Translations under genes and position numbers: made by a program
The notes under the pieces: generated by a model
The model's database searches: none
Seen by the model: the letters and a program-made list of their open reading frames with translations, nothing else
Told to the model about the DNA's origin: nothing
Shown: positions 63,785-64,000 of the stretch, one piece after another
How positions within the stretch are numbered: the stretch's first letter is position 1
How the letters are laid out: each line of letters begins with the position of its first letter
Source: Phycisphaerales bacterium
Lineage (GTDB): Bacteria > Planctomycetota > Phycisphaerae > Phycisphaerales > UBA1924
Length of the DNA stretch: 64,000 nucleotides
Direction: 5' to 3'
Assembly: GCA_046350435.1 (NCBI GenBank)
Contig: JAXMAK010000003.1
Coordinates: 611,535-675,534 of the forward strand

Positions 63785-64000
63785 CATCGCGTGTCGCGCA
63801 TCGCCTTAACATCACTTTAGCATTTTGTTTGCCCCATAACATCGCTTTGCATGCACTTTTTGACCCATCTAGGGCATCAAAATGGTCGATTTGCGTCTTA
63901 TAATCGTTAGACGCCCTATAAAGACGGCGACAGCGAGTCGCTGCAGCCACACCCGCTACAGTTGCGCAACCCCTTGTCAAATTCAAGTTTGCGACACTTG

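Overview
This is a chromosomal window of roughly 58-60% GC. Its gene content suggests a Planctomycetota (Phycisphaerae-like) bacterium, which is an inference. All coordinates for non-ORF elements were derived by hand and may be off by 1-3 nt. I saw no rRNA, tRNA, CRISPR array, transposase or integrase.

Main coding blocks:
1. A 12-gene minus-strand respiratory supercluster at 5.5-21.2 kb. It comprises Alternative Complex III (actABCDEF), a His-rich small membrane protein, SCO1, and a caa3-type cytochrome c oxidase (coxB-cyt c fusion, coxA, coxC, subunit IV-like). ctaA is divergent from it.
2. Scattered housekeeping genes: exbD, psuG, pilT, rhomboid, Nudix, coaE, an M50 protease, cdsA, lpxK, an M28 peptidase, rpsA and hppD.
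3. Three secreted proteins that share a duplicated, Cys-bracketed dockerin/EF-hand-like C-terminal module, plus one PEP-CTERM protein.
4. Two tandem paralogous membrane proteins next to two convergent orphan sensor kinases, one of them FHA-GAF-HK.
5. A plus-strand exosortase/EpsI/chain-length-kinase/sugar-transferase/giant-TPR polysaccharide locus at 51-63.8 kb.

Non-genic highlights:
- Strand composition flips abruptly at about 47.29 kb. The plus strand is C/A-rich to the left and G/T-rich to the right, and third-codon-position usage in genes of both orientations follows the same pattern. This is the signature of a replication origin, or alternatively of an inversion breakpoint.
- Next to the flip lie a 0.5-kb G-run tract and a low-GC orphan gene.
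- At least five families of intergenic palindromic repeats are present. Several are built from tandem 7- to 9-nt sub-repeats, and they often sit at intercistronic junctions inside operons.
- A candidate ~60-nt sRNA has a near-consensus promoter, an anti-Shine-Dalgarno seed and a strong terminator.
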